This document shows positions 34,028 to 41,438 of a stretch of DNA of 44,251 nt, one piece after another; the first letter of the stretch is position 1; each line of letters starts with the position of its first letter. Made by a program: the position numbers and the translations under genes. The stretch covers positions 1 to 44,251 of the IMG/VR virus record IMGVR_UViG_3300031566_000100, one strand, 5' to 3'. The notes beneath the pieces are model-generated. The model saw only the letters and a program-made list of their open reading frames with translations. It did not search any database and had not been told where the DNA came from. The DNA comes from a virus.

Positions 34028-34435
34028 TTAATAATTCACTTCGTCCGGCGAAGGCACAACGGCCTGCCAGTACATTGCTATAAACTGAATACACTTATCG
34101 ATAAAGTCGGTCATTTCATCTTTCTTCAAATCCGCAAGGCTGGGCACATAGGAAACTTCTTTGCCTGTCGGTGATTTAATGTAGCGCTTCAAAAAATGAC
34201 CTTTAAGTAAGCCTTTAACTTCTTCGTTTGTATAACCGGACGCCTGAGACGCCACTTCAAAAACAACACCGTGAATATATCGCAACTGTTGAAGGCTTTT
34301 CGGGTCTTGCGGCTTTTGAATGATTTCTTCGTAATCGCCATCCTTGAGGCCGAATATGTAGGCAGTTCGTACTTCAGGCCGGTCGAATATCAATTGACCA
34401 TTTTTCTTAACCACTTTGAACTTTGGCTGTAGCAT
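34028..34435 (-). CDS. NinB/Orf-like recombination mediator (tentative)
   Basis: IIQKPQDPKSLQQLRYIHGVVFEVASQASGYTNEEVKGLLK parallels lambda Orf IQERNRSLDQNRKLWACLGDVSRQV; adjacent to ssb. Confidence 0.4.
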   Translation of the reverse strand: MLQPKFKVVKKNGQLIFDRPEVRTAYIFGLKDGDYEEIIQKPQDPKSLQQLRYIHGVVFEVASQASGYTNEEVKGLLKGHFLKRYIKSPTGKEVSYVPSLADLKKDEMTDFIDKCIQFIAMYWQAVVPSPDEVNY

Positions 34436-34453
34436 CCTTGTACCTTGCTATTG

Positions 34454-34867
34454 TTAAAATGGGAAATCATCATCTGGCGGCGGGTCATCGCCGACATAAT
34501 CACGGTTAGGTTGGCCGCCTCTGTCAGGAGTTGTTCCGGTGTCACCGACAAACTGAAAACTCTCAACCGTAATCTTGTGCTTGCTGCGTTTCGTACCATC
34601 TTGGGCGGTCCAACTGTTAAAAGTCAATCGGCCCTCGATAAACAACGGCTTACCCTTGGTAAGATATTTGTTTATGTTTTCACCGGTGCGACCAAAGGCT
34701 TGACAGTCCACGAAACAAATCTCCTCTTTGTCCTCGCCACCTTTACTTTTCCACTTGCGATTTACAGCAAGTCCGAAATCAACTACAGCAGTCTGACTGG
34801 GCAGGTACGACAATTGCGGGTCTCTGGTCAGATGCCCCATCAACAAAACCTTATTGTAATTAGACAT
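34454..34867 (-). CDS. ssb: Single-stranded DNA-binding protein
   Basis: NKVLLMGHLTRDPQLSYLPSQTAVVDFGLAVNR...FVDCQAFGRTGENINKYLTKGKPLFIEGRL OB-fold pattern; acidic tail PPPDDDFPF. Confidence 0.9.
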   Translation of the reverse strand: MSNYNKVLLMGHLTRDPQLSYLPSQTAVVDFGLAVNRKWKSKGGEDKEEICFVDCQAFGRTGENINKYLTKGKPLFIEGRLTFNSWTAQDGTKRSKHKITVESFQFVGDTGTTPDRGGQPNRDYVGDDPPPDDDFPF

Positions 34868-34869
34868 AA

Positions 34870-35670
34870 CTACTCCTTTGCTTTATCATTTTTCCAATCT
34901 TCTTCGACATCCGAGTACACCATACCGTGAAAACCGGCAAGCTTTAGGATGACTCTGTCCTTGGCCCGTTTTTCGGCTATTGCAAAAACGTATGGCAGGA
35001 ATGTAGTTGCTGGGGACGCTTCACCGTAAGACCATTCTTTAACATGCCCCATTTGGCCAATAACCAGTAAGACGACCTCTCTGTGTCCTTTGTCATCCGT
35101 TGTATTTACAATAACTTGCGGCAACTCAAATACTATGCCAGCCTTTGCCGCTATCTGCTCACAATATCTATGGTATATTACCCAGTTGGTTTTAGTTATT
35201 TTCTTGTGTGTGCGCGTACACGGCCATAACGCATCCATAACGGAAATATCGTATTTTGCGAGTATCTTCTCAACTAATGGGTCAAGCACACCTTCAAACT
35301 TTGATTTTTCACCATAACCCCCTCCTGGCGGCGGTTCACCAATAACTGTGTCAATTTTGAAGTCAGTGGCTTTGATAAGAAGTCTTTTTTCTTGGTCTCC
35401 ACCTTTGTTCGTAAACTCGTCAATAGTTGCTTGCTGAATTAGCAGGTTGTTTTGTTTTACTACAGGGTTAAATGAGCCGTTCGATACTATTGCCCATATA
35501 TGCCCAGTAATATCAGTCAGTCCAAGTTTTTGTGTCCATTCTTGTTTGGATTGTTTTTTTGGCAAGGTCTTATCGACCTGCTCCGGCGCCCCTGCAGTTG
35601 TTACTACTACATCCAATTCTTTTACCACGTTGCCAACGGCTTGCCTTTTTGCTTCTGTAATTGTTATCAT
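34870..35670 (-). CDS. Hypothetical protein, possible single-strand annealing/recombination protein
   Basis: 266 aa directly upstream of ssb; C-terminal ..YGEASPATTFLPYVFAIAEKRAKDRVILKLAGF..VYSDVEED resembles SSAP C-terminal blocks (weak recollection). Confidence 0.3.
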   Translation of the reverse strand: MITITEAKRQAVGNVVKELDVVVTTAGAPEQVDKTLPKKQSKQEWTQKLGLTDITGHIWAIVSNGSFNPVVKQNNLLIQQATIDEFTNKGGDQEKRLLIKATDFKIDTVIGEPPPGGGYGEKSKFEGVLDPLVEKILAKYDISVMDALWPCTRTHKKITKTNWVIYHRYCEQIAAKAGIVFELPQVIVNTTDDKGHREVVLLVIGQMGHVKEWSYGEASPATTFLPYVFAIAEKRAKDRVILKLAGFHGMVYSDVEEDWKNDKAKE

Positions 35671-35673
35671 TTT

Positions 35674-35904
35674 TTACACCTGCCTTTCTGGTCTGAATAC
35701 AGCTAAAATTGCCGCCTTTGTTGATTCGTTAAGAATTTCTAATTGTGGATGCGGATACATCATCGGGTCTTGAACCCTTAATGTCTTTTCCCCGATTAGT
35801 TCGATAGCTTTATCTTTTGCTTCTTGATTAAGCCAGTCATAGCTGGGGTTACTTAAAAATCGCCTTGCTATTTCTGGGCAAATTGTCGCAAAGGATACGT
35901 TCAT
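35674..35904 (-). CDS. Hypothetical protein (76 aa)
   Basis: Overlap-coupled ORF. Confidence 0.5.
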   Translation of the reverse strand: MNVSFATICPEIARRFLSNPSYDWLNQEAKDKAIELIGEKTLRVQDPMMYPHPQLEILNESTKAAILAVFRPERQV

Positions 35905-36113
35905 CTTTCCTGCCTTTCATGTTCTAATTCTAAATAGTATTCCGTCTTGCAATCATCGGGGCAAAACCATTCACCGGTTTCTTGGTCATAGACCAAACAG
36001 CCAACACAGCCTTCTTCGCCGCACTGTCCGCAAGTCAGCACTTCTTCCGGCCAGTTAGGGTCGATTTCGCGACTACATTCACAGTAAAGTACGCCATCTG
36101 CTGTATAGGCCAT
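35901..36113 (-). CDS. Zinc-ribbon-like protein (70 aa)
   Basis: CECS...CGQCGEEGCVGC...CPDDC cysteine pairs. Confidence 0.5.
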   Translation of the reverse strand: MAYTADGVLYCECSREIDPNWPEEVLTCGQCGEEGCVGCLVYDQETGEWFCPDDCKTEYYLELEHERQER

Positions 36114-36116
36114 TGC

Positions 36117-36302
36117 TTATTCTCCTTTGGCTCTATTTTCAGTTTTGCGCTTATCAAAAAGGTTCCATTTTAATTGCCGGGCCATTTTTAATTTGCGTAG
36201 CCAGTCTGTCGCCGTCGCGCTTTGTGTCACATACCGGCCCGCAACGCTTGTCAAAAGTGGACGGTAGCAACTTGTCGAAAAGTGTTGCCCTTGCCAACTC
36301 AT
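36117..36302 (-). CDS. Doubtful ORF (61 aa) filling a gap
   Basis: The track start is a TTG and the first ATG is at 36302; no SD; odd composition. Confidence 0.25.
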   Translation of the reverse strand: MSWQGQHFSTSCYRPLLTSVAGRYVTQSATATDWLRKLKMARQLKWNLFDKRKTENRAKGE

Positions 36303-36329
36303 CAATCGGCGATGGCAGGATTATTGTTG

Positions 36330-36524
36330 TCATATTTCCAGTTCCAGGACTACTCTCGGCGGCATTGCGTCAAGGTATTGGCGCAGCTTTGCGTAACAGT
36401 TATTAAAGCCGATATAAGAAGAACATATACAGCTCTTCTCCCCATTGTCGGCGATTGCGCAAGCATCCCATACGGGCCGGCAATGATTAGCGTTCCAACT
36501 TTGTACTATTTGATATTTAGCCAT
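36330..36524 (-). CDS. Hypothetical protein (64 aa)
   Basis: ORF with aaaaggaaattctaATG context. Confidence 0.45.
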   Translation of the reverse strand: MAKYQIVQSWNANHCRPVWDACAIADNGEKSCICSSYIGFNNCYAKLRQYLDAMPPRVVLELEI

Positions 36525-36596
36525 TAGAATTTCCTTTTAGAATAATCAGGTAACCACAGGCACTTAATGCCAGTCCACAGGCCAGCTAAAATAGAT

Positions 36597-36986
36597 TTAA
36601 GAGGGGTCATTTTTATTCTCCGTATGGATATTGCCGATGATTTCCGGCTGTTCTACACGACAAAGCAATTCAATAAATTTGCCATTCTTGTCAGTGATAA
36701 CCCAAGCCAAACTCCTCGTTGACCACGCCACGACTCCAACATAATCTGCTTGTTCGCCTCGTTCTAATTTGATTGCATCGAAAGTCTTTATTATGTCATC
36801 GTTGTATATATCTTTTTCATTCTTGTCCGGCAGGCCGGTGGATTGCTGTGAATTGTCAAGAGCGTGAGCCAATCCGTTCGTGCGGTCTGGCCCAACAAAA
36901 GATAAATCGCTTAAAAACCCCCAGTAGTGCCAATGATGAAATTTATCATTAACATAAACTGCTTGCCTGAATTTTATCTCTCTCAT
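36597..36986 (-). CDS. YopX family protein
   Basis: MREIKFRQ... start, ...DKNEKDIYNDDII... and ...EIIGNIHTEN are the hallmark YopX blocks (MREIKFRAW / IYEGDIV / IGNIyENPEL). Confidence 0.8.
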   Translation of the reverse strand: MREIKFRQAVYVNDKFHHWHYWGFLSDLSFVGPDRTNGLAHALDNSQQSTGLPDKNEKDIYNDDIIKTFDAIKLERGEQADYVGVVAWSTRSLAWVITDKNGKFIELLCRVEQPEIIGNIHTENKNDPS

Positions 36987-37039
36987 AATTCACCTCTTAT
37001 AAATTTATCATTGCAGCGGGGATAGGCCCCGCGTAGAGA

Positions 37040-37441
37040 CTACTCCTCTTCATCAAACGGCAGAGATGTTTGCTTTTCGTCATCGTTCATCGGGCGCCGC
37101 ATAATCTCTTCACCGGTATCAAGTCGCCGCGTAAAAGTAACAAGGGCTTCATAATCGAGGACGTTTTCGCAATCGACATTTCCGTAAGTATATTTATTGC
37201 GCACCAGTTGCTGTTTTTCTGTTATCTGTGCGTCAAGTGCCGCTTCTCTGGCCTTGAAGGCTTTCATTGCAGCCTCTTTTTCACCTTCCAGACGGGTCTT
37301 GTTGTCAAGAGCAGTTGCCAGGTCATTACCGGCTTGCAACACCTCGTCTTGAGTCAACTGTATCTGTAGAAAGTGCGCCTCTTTGGTTGTCTTGATTTTT
37401 GGTATTTCTTTGGTCTTTTTTGTTTTTGTTGCTGTTGCCAT
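37040..37441 (-). CDS. Hypothetical coiled-coil protein (133 aa), first gene of the early minus-strand block
   Basis: K/T-rich N-terminus, central coiled coil, acidic tail DEEE; AAAGGAA SD. Confidence 0.55.
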   Translation of the reverse strand: MATATKTKKTKEIPKIKTTKEAHFLQIQLTQDEVLQAGNDLATALDNKTRLEGEKEAAMKAFKAREAALDAQITEKQQLVRNKYTYGNVDCENVLDYEALVTFTRRLDTGEEIMRRPMNDDEKQTSLPFDEEE

Positions 37442-38423
37442 AATAATTCCTTTCTGTTAATGGTTAATAAAAACGGCTCATTGCCGGTTGGTTGTAATAA
37501 AGTGGGCACAATACCTTTGGGGGCATCACGCCCACTTCGGAGGGAGGTTATGAAAAACTGTAAGAACCGCCAAGGAATAATAGGGCGGGCGGAGGAGAAC
37601 CCGCCCTTTAGCGGAGGGGGTAATAATGACTGGCTGGCAGCGCGGAGTATATCTGCCAGCCTACAATCAACACGGGGGGCTTATTATAATTGCTGCCAGC
37701 GGTTTAAGCGGGCAGGATTGGATACCTGCTATCCTGCGATTCTGGGCGCTTTGCGTCCTCTTGCGCAGGCGTTCCACCTCGTGCTTTAATTCACGCCGCC
37801 GCCTGTGCCCCTCTTATTGTTTATCGGTGAGGCCCCGCTGGCAATAGAGAAAGTGCTTATTGGGCCTAAAGGTTTTAATTATGCGATTCGGCGGGCAGGC
37901 CGAGCACGGCGACCCGCTTTGCCTGCTTTCTATTCCCGTTCACCGCCGCCGAACCGCAGATTTTAAGGGCAGGCAGGATTGATTACCTGCACGCTTTGTG
38001 TCGCTATTCCGTGTCCCGTATTCCCAGCGGCTACCACGATAAGCCCGCGTATAATTTCGCTACTGCCCTTATTTCATAAGATACCGGCGGGCAGGATTGG
38101 CATTACCCGCTACCTGCTGGCCCGCACTTACACCGTCAAGTGGAGCGGCTCTCGCCTCGGTGTTACAAATAAGCTGCACTTATTCGGCATTCCCGCGCTT
38201 GCACACACGCTACCGCCAGTATCTTATTTTTCAATCGAAGGCCGAGGCAGGGATTTGCACCCTGCAAGAGGATGTCCGCATAGCCGCTGGTAATTCAGCG
38301 CAAGCTAAGTATCACATCGTTTGAGCCAAGCAAGCCCAATCCAGTCTGACGATTGCGTTTACCTATTCCGCCACTCAGCCTTCGATTATTTCGTATGGGT
38401 GTTGACTTGCAGCCGCTAAGTGT
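37442..38423. other. ORF-poor hairpin-dense region of about 1 kb (candidate attP arm region and/or structured ncRNA)
   Basis: No plausible ORF. Four copies of the GC(G/A)GGCAGG(ATTG) nested-hairpin motif at 37708..37729, 37891..37926, 37973..37990 and 38087..38117; further 7-9 bp hairpins at 37501..37536, 37583..37606, 37632..37661 and 38249..38267. Confidence 0.6.
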
Positions 38424-38430
38424 TTAGTAT
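38402..38430 (+). promoter_or_regulatory. Sigma70-type promoter candidate reading into the tRNA-like segment (antisense to the int 3' end)
   Basis: TTGACT-17 nt-TAGTAT; the predicted start lies about 12-15 nt before 38450. Confidence 0.45.
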
Positions 38431-39458
38431 ACCTGTTGACCGTAGTCATCGGGGCGTAGCTCAGTATGGTGGAGCGCTTGACTGGGGGTGGAACTTGACT
38501 CAAGGCACGCGCTGACCCGAACACGAGCACGGTCAATCGCGTCACGCCTGTTTTTTACCCCAAGATAGACCATCGTTGTTTTCAAATCTGAGTGCCCCGC
38601 GATTTCTGCAACCTCTCGTAAAGTCAAAACTCCTGATAAGTCCGTCAAACAAGTTGCGCGGAAATCGTGGAACCGCCCCTTGACCTGGGCTTTTCTTTTA
38701 AGCGTTCTGAAAGTAACATCAAAGTTTGTAATCGGCGATAATCTCATTCGGTCAGACAGCATACCTACCTTCTGCATTTCCAAGAGATGATAGTATCTGG
38801 CGGGCTTTAATAAGATATACGGCTGGGTTTGGGGGATAGCAAACATCAATTCGGTCAGTAGTCCGGCAACCTGTTTTGCCAAAGGCACTATCCGCTCTTC
38901 TCTGTCCTTCGGCTGCCAGGGCCAGTGAGATTCATCTTGTTGTTTGGCCCGAACAGTAATAGTCTCGCCAGAAAAATCAATGTCCTCTGTACATAGATTC
39001 TGCAATGCTGATTTCCTCATAGCCGTTGTACGCGCCAGCAAAAGAATTGCTATCCAGCGGAGTCTGTTTTCAGGCCGCATATCAGCACAGGCTTTTAATA
39101 TCCGGCTAAACTCCTCAAACTCATAAATCTTCGGCAGGTGCTTTTTGGCAGGCGGCTTGCGAATCTCAAAAAACGGGTTGGATTTCAAATAACCCTTGTG
39201 AACACACCAGCTAAAGACAGGTGATACTGTCTTTTGATAAATCGCCGGTGATGAACCGCCAAGCCTGTCCATCCAAAATCTCTGGACAGTGATTGCCTGC
39301 TCTTGCCGGAAATTGCCTACCCTCATATCACCCACAGCCTCAATCAGTTGACCCCACGCTACTTTAGTCAATCGTGTCGTGTTTGCAGCCAGTTTGCGTT
39401 GTTGTAAGTATGTGTCAATTAAGGTACTTAGCTTTGGTTTGTGCAGCCACTTAAACAT
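38424..39458 (-). CDS. int: Tyrosine recombinase (phage integrase)
   Basis: Catalytic set visible: ARTTAMRKSAL (Arg I), HDFRATC (H-x-x-R), GHSDLKTTMVYLGV (His, Tyr). Start reset to MFKWLHKPK at 39458, preceded by AAAGGAGGAG. Confidence 0.9.
   Translation of the reverse strand: MFKWLHKPKLSTLIDTYLQQRKLAANTTRLTKVAWGQLIEAVGDMRVGNFRQEQAITVQRFWMDRLGGSSPAIYQKTVSPVFSWCVHKGYLKSNPFFEIRKPPAKKHLPKIYEFEEFSRILKACADMRPENRLRWIAILLLARTTAMRKSALQNLCTEDIDFSGETITVRAKQQDESHWPWQPKDREERIVPLAKQVAGLLTELMFAIPQTQPYILLKPARYYHLLEMQKVGMLSDRMRLSPITNFDVTFRTLKRKAQVKGRFHDFRATCLTDLSGVLTLREVAEIAGHSDLKTTMVYLGVKNRRDAIDRARVRVSACLESSSTPSQALHHTELRPDDYGQQVY
38450..38488 (+). other. tRNA-Pro(GGG) 5'-half look-alike (acceptor 5' strand, D-arm, anticodon stem 5' strand and loop); probable attP core identity block
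   Basis: CGGGGCG TA GCTC AGTATGGTG GAGC G CTTGA CTGGGGG. The match to tRNA architecture stops in the anticodon loop, with no T-arm or 3' acceptor downstream; overlaps the int C-terminus. Confidence 0.55.
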
Positions 39459-39506
39459 AATCTCCTCCTTTCTATTTCGGCGGCTGCAAGCCAACCCAAA
39501 GCCAGC

Positions 39507-39535
39507 AGCTTACAGCCAAAAAAGGGATTCGTCAA
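39507..39535 (-). promoter_or_regulatory. Promoter candidate for int
   Basis: Minus strand TTGACG-17 nt-TAAGCT, about 50 nt upstream of the int start. Confidence 0.3.
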
Positions 39536-39595
39536 GTAACTGCGCCAACACCCTTGTTTGTGCCCCATATTCACTTATAAGAGAACGTTATTGTG

Positions 39596-39853
39596 TTATT
39601 CTGCTGTTGAGTCCTGTGCGATTTCGGTGATAACCTCTATCAGCCTGTCGCCTAAGTTTTTCCGCTTATCAGCGGGTTCACGTGGTATTTTAAGTATATC
39701 AGCACACTCAGTGCAGAGTTCATAGTGGACATAACATGTTTGATAATGCCCAATATCGAAACGTATGAGTTGCCAATCATTTGGCAGTCCTGTTATTTGA
39801 CCCGCCTTTTGTTCAACCTGTTTTCCGCATTTATCGCATTTGTGAATTATCAT
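39596..39853 (-). CDS. Zinc-ribbon protein (85 aa)
   Basis: CDKCGK...CTEC cysteine pairs; start preceded by agaaaggataagggaaa. Confidence 0.5.
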   Translation of the reverse strand: MIIHKCDKCGKQVEQKAGQITGLPNDWQLIRFDIGHYQTCYVHYELCTECADILKIPREPADKRKNLGDRLIEVITEIAQDSTAE

Positions 39854-39927
39854 TTTCCCTTATCCTTTCTTGTAAAAGATTCTTATATTAAACCGTGTCC
39901 GCCGCCTTTGGCTTGCTGGAGCTACGG

Positions 39928-40068
39928 TTATTCTTCAAGTGCTTGGTCAATTATTTGATTAACGCTTACTTGGTTAAAGTATCTTTTTGCATTTGCAATA
40001 TCTTCATCGCTTATACAACAACGCCGAATCGTTTCAATAAGTTCATCTTCTAAATCATTCCAATCCAT
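39928..40068 (-). CDS. Hypothetical 46-aa acidic protein
   Basis: MDWNDLEDELIETIRRCCISDEDIANAKRYFNQVSVNQIIDQALEE; same agaaaggataaggga RBS block; below the track cutoff. Confidence 0.4.
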   Translation of the reverse strand: MDWNDLEDELIETIRRCCISDEDIANAKRYFNQVSVNQIIDQALEE

Positions 40069-40072
40069 TCCC

Positions 40073-40414
40073 TTATCCTTTCTCGGCCACTTGCGGCGGC
40101 AAAATTATTGGCATCCAGTGGGTAATATCAGCCAAATTTAAGTCATGCGGAGCGTTATATCTTTCCCATCGTTCATAAGGAAAATGCCGTGTTGCAACTG
40201 TCCATGCTTTCCCATCTGTGATTATGCAGAAATTTGATTGGTCATAGGTTTTTATTCTTTTCGGCAGCCCCTCACTTACTGGTATCCAGCGGTGCTTTTC
40301 AAGTTCGGCTTGGAGTTGCTCAAGTGTATCCATAGCAATTTTAAGAGTTTGCTTTTGGTAAGCACTTTTCATCAAATGCCGCAAACATCCTAATCTGTTT
40401 ATAATTTCAGTCAT
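40073..40414 (-). CDS. Hypothetical protein (113 aa)
   Basis: ORF; its TAA stop is embedded in the repeated RBS block. Confidence 0.5.
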   Translation of the reverse strand: MTEIINRLGCLRHLMKSAYQKQTLKIAMDTLEQLQAELEKHRWIPVSEGLPKRIKTYDQSNFCIITDGKAWTVATRHFPYERWERYNAPHDLNLADITHWMPIILPPQVAEKG

Positions 40415-40483
40415 TTTCAGCCTCTTTTCCTTATGCCCCGCAGCTTCTTTATGTATTCAGCTTGTTGTTGGGCTATGGTCATC

Positions 40484-40684
40484 TTATTTACCCAGTTTAG
40501 GCCGCTTCAAGGCCCCAATGCCTACCGGCGGCGAGGTTAAATTCAGGCTTCGGTTCGGGTCAAATTCTATAGGGTCAAGTTGCCAATGCTCCGCACCGGC
40601 CTGGTTAAATTCAATGACGGTCCGCTGAAAACCAACAAAATGACCTTCTGAATCAACTAATCTTTTATATTGCGGATTTGTCAT
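40484..40684 (-). CDS. Hypothetical protein (66 aa)
   Basis: Start 1 nt downstream of the csrA stop. Confidence 0.5.
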   Translation of the reverse strand: MTNPQYKRLVDSEGHFVGFQRTVIEFNQAGAEHWQLDPIEFDPNRSLNLTSPPVGIGALKRPKLGK

Positions 40685-40685
40685 T

Positions 40686-40865
40686 TCAGATTTCTTTTGT
40701 TACTTGACTTTGCCGAGCCTCATAAACTTCTTGGCGATGTATCGGTATGTCTTCGGGTGCTGTAAAACCCAGCTTGACAAATTTGCTCCCGATTTCGACA
40801 ACTGTGACTTTTACATCATCGCCTATCATAATTGATTCGTTCTGCTTCCTGCGCAAAACCAACAT
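40686..40865 (-). CDS. csrA: Carbon storage regulator CsrA/RsmA homolog (59 aa)
   Basis: MLVLRRKQNESIMIGDDVKVTVVEIGSKFVKLGFTAPEDIPIHRQEVYEARQ aligns along its length with [52 protein letters not shown]. Start reset to the ATG at 40865 with AAGGAG 7 nt upstream. Confidence 0.9.
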   Translation of the reverse strand: MLVLRRKQNESIMIGDDVKVTVVEIGSKFVKLGFTAPEDIPIHRQEVYEARQSQVTKEI

Positions 40866-40883
40866 CTGTATTCTCCTTTTGTT

Positions 40884-40913
40884 AATATAGGCAAACTTTT
40901 CCCTTGACAAGGG
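40884..40913 (-). promoter_or_regulatory. Promoter candidate for csrA with an overlapping 13-bp palindrome
   Basis: Minus strand TTGTCA-15 nt-TATATT; the -35 lies inside CCCTTGTCAAGGG. Confidence 0.35.
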
Positions 40914-41060
40914 CTGTATCGATATCATAGAATACCTGCAACGTGTTATCATCACAGACGCAGGCAGCTCGTAGGGAGGCGGGATATTCCAGCAATACAG
41001 GGGTACGCGCAATCTCCTTATCATCTACGCACCCCGTAATACAACCGGCCTCTTGCCGGT

Positions 41061-41423
41061 TTAATTTGTTTTCTTTTTGGCGCATTTTTGGGTCTTTTCG
41101 TACTTTGCGTGTAACTTTAAGAGTTTTTCGTAGAAGTCGATGGGGTTCGCCCACCAGCTATACTCTGGGTTGCTACAAGAAAAATCCTTATCTATCAAAC
41201 GGCCTGGACAGGACGAACAACCCCCTTTGTAGCCATTGTCATAGTCGCAAAAGAAACAATAGAAACAATTGCCCGCAATGTCGCTTAGGTTATATCCGTA
41301 CAGTTCCAACCATTTTCTCTTTAACGGGCCTACAGTTCTTTCGTCGCCTGCGGCCTGGCGCTCCGCAACCCACCCTGATAACTGCAATTGTTTTTTCCAG
41401 GTTTTATCAAGAGATAGTTTCAT
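41061..41423 (-). CDS. Cys-rich hypothetical protein, paralog B (120 aa)
   Basis: MKLSLDKTWKKQ...CFYCFFCDYD...CSSCPGRLIDKDFSC...YSWW..PIDFYEKLLKLH, colinear with the upstream paralog. Confidence 0.6.
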   Translation of the reverse strand: MKLSLDKTWKKQLQLSGWVAERQAAGDERTVGPLKRKWLELYGYNLSDIAGNCFYCFFCDYDNGYKGGCSSCPGRLIDKDFSCSNPEYSWWANPIDFYEKLLKLHAKYEKTQKCAKKKTN

Positions 41424-41438
41424 TGTGTCGTCCTTACT

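Noticed and set aside
37373-38324. Track ORFs 37373-37789, 37626-37847, 37979-38293 and 38097-38324 inside the 1-kb gap
   Set aside because: They are mutually overlapping, have C/R/L/S-rich improbable composition and run through the repeated hairpin motifs. The ATG at 37626 (and an 11-codon mini-ORF at 37549) do have SD-like GGAGG runs upstream, so small peptides cannot be fully excluded.
38450-38560. Complete tRNA-Pro gene, possibly with an intron
   Set aside because: After the anticodon loop there is no complementary anticodon-stem 3' strand at the right distance, no GTTCRA T-loop and no CGCCCCG acceptor strand. The CTTGA...TCAAG pairing would need an 18-nt loop. It is kept only as a 5'-half look-alike.
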